Shown one piece after another: positions 60,512 to 64,000 of a stretch of 64,000 nucleotides of DNA. This stretch comes from an uncultured virus (IMG/VR IMGVR_UViG_3300021599_002397) (taxonomy: Duplodnaviria > Heunggongvirae > Uroviricota > Caudoviricetes). The stretch is from the IMG/VR virus record IMGVR_UViG_3300021599_002397; one strand, written 5' to 3'. Under the pieces are notes generated by a model. That model saw nothing but the letters and a program-made list of their open reading frames with translations, ran no database searches and was not told the origin of the DNA. The position numbers and the translations under genes were made by a program. Positions within the stretch are counted from its first letter, which is position 1. Every line of letters begins with the position of its first letter.

Positions 60512-61276
60512 ATGGATAAAAAAATATTATCTTTCGAAGAGTTTAGCTCAAGAAAACCTCAAGAATTGCCAGAAGAGAATGAATTCTGGAATGATATGGA
60601 AATAGAGGAGGAAGAGGAAGAAGAAGATGAAGAGGACGACATGGACCTAGAAGACGAAGACGAGGACGAAGATGACATGGACCTAGAAGACGAGGACGAG
60701 GATGAAGACGAGGACGAAGACGAGGACGAAGAGGAAGATGACATGGACCTAGAGGACGAAGACGAGGACGAAGAGGAAGATGACATGGACCTAGAGGACG
60801 AAGACGAGGACGAAGAGGAAGATGACATGGACCTAGAAGACGAGGACGAGGACGAGGACGAAGAGGAAGATGACATGGACCTAGAAGACGAGGACGAGGA
60901 CGAAGAGGAAGATGACATGGAAGACGAGGACGAGGATGAAGACGAGGATGAAGAGGAAGATGATATGGATCTAGGAGACGAGGAAGAAGAAGACGAGGAC
61001 GAAGAGGAAGATGACATGGAAGACGAGGAAGAGGATGAAGACGAGGAAGAAGAAGACGAGGACGAAGACGATGAAGACGAGGATGAAGAGGAAGATGACA
61101 TGGATATAGGAGACGAGGAAGAAGACGAAGACGATGAAGAGGACGACATGGACCTAGAAGACGAAGAGGAGGAGGAAGAAGAAGAAGACACAGAAGAGGA
61201 GGATGAATCCGAATTAGAAGGTGAAGAAAATAATGAAGTAGAGGTTATACGATTCGATAACTTCTTCGGTAAATAA
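60512..61276 (+). CDS. Extremely acidic Asp/Glu repeat protein
   Basis: About 210 residues almost only D/E with 11 DDM anchors; non-repetitive termini; A-rich start; terminator follows. Confidence 0.85.
   Translation: MDKKILSFEEFSSRKPQELPEENEFWNDMEIEEEEEEEDEEDDMDLEDEDEDEDDMDLEDEDEDEDEDEDEDEEEDDMDLEDEDEDEEEDDMDLEDEDEDEEEDDMDLEDEDEDEDEEEDDMDLEDEDEDEEEDDMEDEDEDEDEDEEEDDMDLGDEEEEDEDEEEDDMEDEEEDEDEEEEDEDEDDEDEDEEEDDMDIGDEEEDEDDEEDDMDLEDEEEEEEEEDTEEEDESELEGEENNEVEVIRFDNFFGK
60590..61215 (+). repeat. Degenerate tandem repeat, about 42-bp unit gatgacatggacctagaRgacgaRgacgaggacgaagaggaa with variable GAC-GAG microsatellite
   Basis: 11 GAYGAYATGGA anchors visible; purine-rich, GC well above flanks. 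Confidence 0.92.
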
Positions 61277-61296
61277 TTTTTCCATTAAACATATTT

Positions 61297-61324
61297 AAAG
61301 CCCAGATTGATTCCGGGCTTTTTC
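61297..61324 (+). terminator. Rho-independent terminator
   Basis: AAAGCCC-agattgattcc-GGGCTTT followed by a T-run, 20 nt after the acidic gene stop. Confidence 0.75.
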
Positions 61325-61346
61325 TTTGTTTATCGATATATACATT

Positions 61347-62846
61347 ATGGATTACTCATTACTAGAAAAGTTTGTATTTAAGGGAGTTAAAGGAAAGGAA
61401 AGACCCTTAACAGTTGTTATATTAACTACTAAACTTGGTAAAAGTCTAAAAAATGCTCCAACAACAGATAAGATAATGAAAATCTGTGAGGAGAAGGGAG
61501 TTAGATGTATAATAATAGATACAGAAAAAGGATCTATTCAAAAAACAATAAAAGGAACTTTTCTTATATCAAGCAGAGGAGGAAAACAACAAGAAATACA
61601 TCTGGATAGAACCATAGTATTAACTAGAAGATCCTCTATAAAAAACAATGCAGCTAAGGGATTTTTTAAAAAGATGGAAGATCTAGGTTTTCCATGTGTC
61701 AATTCCTATGATTCTGTTATTATATGTGAAGATAAACTACAGACTACAAGAAAATTACAGTTAGCTAAAATACCTGTTCCTAAAACATCATTAATATCAT
61801 CTGAAGCTGATATAGATAAAGCAGTAGAAGAAGTTGGTGGTAATTATCCAGTTGTTTGTAAATTTCTATCAGGAACTAAAGGAATAGGTGTATTTATGAT
61901 AGACTCTAGACCATCTCTAGTTTCTACCTTACAGGCTTTGTGGCACTTAGCACCAGGGACTGAAATAGTTTTACAAGAAAAAATAGATGCAGATTACGAT
62001 CTTAGAATACACGTAGTTGCAGAAAGTGATGGTATGGCAAGTAGAGAATACAAAGTCATAGCAGCAATGAAAAGAATAAAAATAGAGGGAGATTTTAGAA
62101 CTAATTTTTCTTTAGGGGGTGAAACAGAGAATGTTAAGCTTTCCAAAGAAATAGAAAGAATAGCAATAGAATCTGCTAAAGCTACCGGATGTTTATGGTG
62201 TGGTGTAGACATTATAGTAGAAAAAGGAAAAAGTACATCAGCGGAGGAAAAACCTTATGTTCTAGAGGTTAATGCCTCTCCTGGAACTACTGGTATAGAA
62301 AAAACAACTGATATTCCCGTAACAGATATGGTAGTAGATTTTCTTTTAGATAAGAAAAACTGGGTTAAACCTAAGAAAACTACTGGATTTAGAGAAATGG
62401 TAACTATATCTGGAGTAGGAACGTTTGTAGGTAAATTAGATACAGGTAACGGAGCAACTTCTTGTAGTTTACATGCAGACAGCATAGAAGAATCCGATGG
62501 TAAAGTTTACTGGAAGCTAGGTAATCAAGAATTTGTAAATAAAATAGTAGGTCAATCAAAAGCTGAGGTTGGTGAAAAAATACACCACAGAGCGGTTGTT
62601 AATCTCGATGTAGATTTTAATGGTCTTGTATATAAGAAAGTTAAGTTCTCATTAGTAGATAGAACTGAAAAAAGTACCCCATTATTACTAAATAGGGATT
62701 TTTTAAGTTCCGCTGGATTAGTTGTAGACCCTTCGGAGGATTTTGTTTTAACTGACAGACCTGAGGGATATTCACCAAAAGATGCAAAAGGGGATCCTAT
62801 AGCTGGTGTTAAGGTAGTTAAATCAAACGGGAATTCCGAGAAATAA
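61347..62846 (+). CDS. RimK-family ATP-grasp (alpha-L-glutamate ligase-like) fused to a retropepsin-like RimB/PF05618-type protease
   Basis: DKLQT...IPVPKT, YPVVCKFLSGTKGIGV, QEKI...DLRI, DFRTNFSLGG, GVDI, LEVNASPG; then GFREMV...KLDTGNG..CSLHA...FSLVDR...PLLLNRDFL; ATG at 61347 follows GATATATA. Confidence 0.9.
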   Translation: MDYSLLEKFVFKGVKGKERPLTVVILTTKLGKSLKNAPTTDKIMKICEEKGVRCIIIDTEKGSIQKTIKGTFLISSRGGKQQEIHLDRTIVLTRRSSIKNNAAKGFFKKMEDLGFPCVNSYDSVIICEDKLQTTRKLQLAKIPVPKTSLISSEADIDKAVEEVGGNYPVVCKFLSGTKGIGVFMIDSRPSLVSTLQALWHLAPGTEIVLQEKIDADYDLRIHVVAESDGMASREYKVIAAMKRIKIEGDFRTNFSLGGETENVKLSKEIERIAIESAKATGCLWCGVDIIVEKGKSTSAEEKPYVLEVNASPGTTGIEKTTDIPVTDMVVDFLLDKKNWVKPKKTTGFREMVTISGVGTFVGKLDTGNGATSCSLHADSIEESDGKVYWKLGNQEFVNKIVGQSKAEVGEKIHHRAVVNLDVDFNGLVYKKVKFSLVDRTEKSTPLLLNRDFLSSAGLVVDPSEDFVLTDRPEGYSPKDAKGDPIAGVKVVKSNGNSEK

Positions 62847-64000
62847 TCTTATTACCTCTTTTCTGTATTTAATCTGATCATCGACGATCATCTTATTTTT
62901 TAAAGCTAGTTTGCTTCTTTCTATTACAGAATCTGGAACTAATCCCTTAAAAGTATCCTTTAATATCTTTTTATTTTTTCTTTCCTCGAAAGGAAGACTT
63001 ATAGCAAATCTAATTATATCGTGATTTAAAAAAGGACTTCTTAATTCTAATGTATGTGCCATCGATAACTTATCTAATCTGGGAAGATGATAATAAGTTA
63101 ATTCGTGAAATATATCAGAATGCTGTGAATCATACTCATTTATTCTTCTATATCCACCAAATAATTCATCTGCTCCGTCACCAGATATAACGATTCTTGT
63201 ATTAGAACCTTTTTTTATTGCATCGAATAAATGATACTGAGGAACTACACTTCCCATATCAACTGGAGATTCGTTCCATTTTTTGTATATTTCGATGAGA
63301 TTTTTTTTACCTGAATCAGATTCTATATCAATATTATAATTTAATCTTTTCGATTCTACGTCCCAGTAGTATTCACAAGCTTTTACATATTCTTCATCTT
63401 CACCATTAGATATGGAATAAAAATCAACATTTCCACCAAGCTTTAGTAAAAGACCAGCAATTATTGAAGAATCCAATCCACCTGATAAAAGTAGAGATGT
63501 TGGATAATTTTTAGATAATAATCTGGCTTCTACAGATTTTTCCATCTTATCAAAAAGCCATTCACATCTGTCATCATATGTATTTAGCCCTGCGTCGAAG
63601 AAGTTAAAATCGTAGTATTGGTCAGATACATTAATAATATGAGGAGAGTCTAGATTCCATTGATAGAACCTATTAGGTTCAAGCTTTTTTATACCTATAA
63701 AAGGAGTTTGTTCTGTAGCTAAATAACCAAATTTAGTAACACCGGAGAAGAAAGATCTATCAAAATTTGGTCTTTCATTTTCTTCATATAATCCTTTTAT
63801 CTCTGAACAAATCTCCCCTTTTTCGTTACGATATAAACATTTTTTTCCAAGGGGATCTGTAAAAGCATAAATATCCCTTTTTTTAGTGTCAACCAAAACT
63901 ATAGCCCAAAATCCATCCCATGAAACTATGTGTGAATCATATAAAGCCTGTAGTATACCTATTCCTCCAAATTGGAATGTTGAAAACAATTTTTGTAAAT
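62823..64000 (-). CDS. asnB: Asparagine synthetase (glutamine-hydrolysing) family, 5'-truncated by window edge
   Basis: DGFWAIV, DPLGKKCLY, LLSGGLDSS, ISGDGADELFGGY, DKLSMAHTLELRSPFL; frame open to the window end. Confidence 0.9.
   Translation of the reverse strand, partial: LQKLFSTFQFGGIGILQALYDSHIVSWDGFWAIVLVDTKKRDIYAFTDPLGKKCLYRNEKGEICSEIKGLYEENERPNFDRSFFSGVTKFGYLATEQTPFIGIKKLEPNRFYQWNLDSPHIINVSDQYYDFNFFDAGLNTYDDRCEWLFDKMEKSVEARLLSKNYPTSLLLSGGLDSSIIAGLLLKLGGNVDFYSISNGEDEEYVKACEYYWDVESKRLNYNIDIESDSGKKNLIEIYKKWNESPVDMGSVVPQYHLFDAIKKGSNTRIVISGDGADELFGGYRRINEYDSQHSDIFHELTYYHLPRLDKLSMAHTLELRSPFLNHDIIRFAISLPFEERKNKKILKDTFKGLVPDSVIERSKLALKNKMIVDDQIKYRKEVIRLFLGIPV

Noticed and set aside
60559..61191. 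210-aa poly-Ser ORF on the minus strand
   Set aside because: It is the antisense shadow of the GAR/GAY repeat; the plus-strand gene has sensible termini, start context and terminator
60590..61215. Repeat array as a possible CRISPR
   Set aside because: The units are in-frame coding repeats with microsatellite-like spacers, not unique spacers; no cas genes are present
59022..62485. Short ORFs 59022-59351(+), 59795-60055(-), 61994-62212(-), 62255-62485(-)
   Set aside because: Antisense shadows of better-supported genes
60512..62846. Graspetide (ATP-grasp RiPP) precursor plus ligase, or lasso-peptide cluster with AsnB-like cyclase
   Set aside because: The repeats lack the Ser/Thr/Lys nucleophiles needed for graspetide cross-links. 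The ligase is RimK-type, the AsnB looks like an ordinary synthetase, and no lasso B protein or precursor is seen.
1..64000. Stop-codon reassignment (as in some Bacteroidota phages)
   Set aside because: Genes tile densely under the standard code, and TAA, TAG and TGA all end genes at expected family boundaries

Overview
This is a gene-dense, AT-rich segment (roughly 30% GC by eye) of a large contractile-tailed (T4-like, jumbo-scale) bacteriophage genome read in the standard code. It probably infects a Bacteroidota host, an inference from A-rich starts without Shine-Dalgarno sequences, a Bacteroidetes-type KdsA and Bacteroidetes-type beta-propellers. It has three blocks. (1) 1-43.7 kb is a minus-strand virion morphogenesis region: tail-fibre-like and very large structural proteins, gp6/gp7/gp25/gp53/gp27/gp5-like baseplate proteins and a gp13-like neck protein. 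PhoH, an S1-domain protein and a degenerate amidoligase are embedded in it. (2) 45.6-57.9 kb is a contiguous glycan locus: gmd, fcl, a GT10 fucosyltransferase, kdsD, an internally deleted kdsA, about 7 other glycosyltransferase-like genes and 4 methyltransferases. (3) 58-64 kb holds small genes with T4 capsid-targeting-like N-termini, an extreme Asp/Glu repeat protein, a RimK ATP-grasp/retropepsin-like protease fusion and an asparagine synthetase. A recurring GATATATA element just upstream of starts is a candidate late promoter. The best candidates for undescribed systems are a head-packaged polyanion protein coupled to a glutamylation write/erase enzyme, and a phage-encoded methylated fucose/Kdo glycan pathway next to the tail genes. 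All assignments come from recognising motifs by eye; no searches were run.
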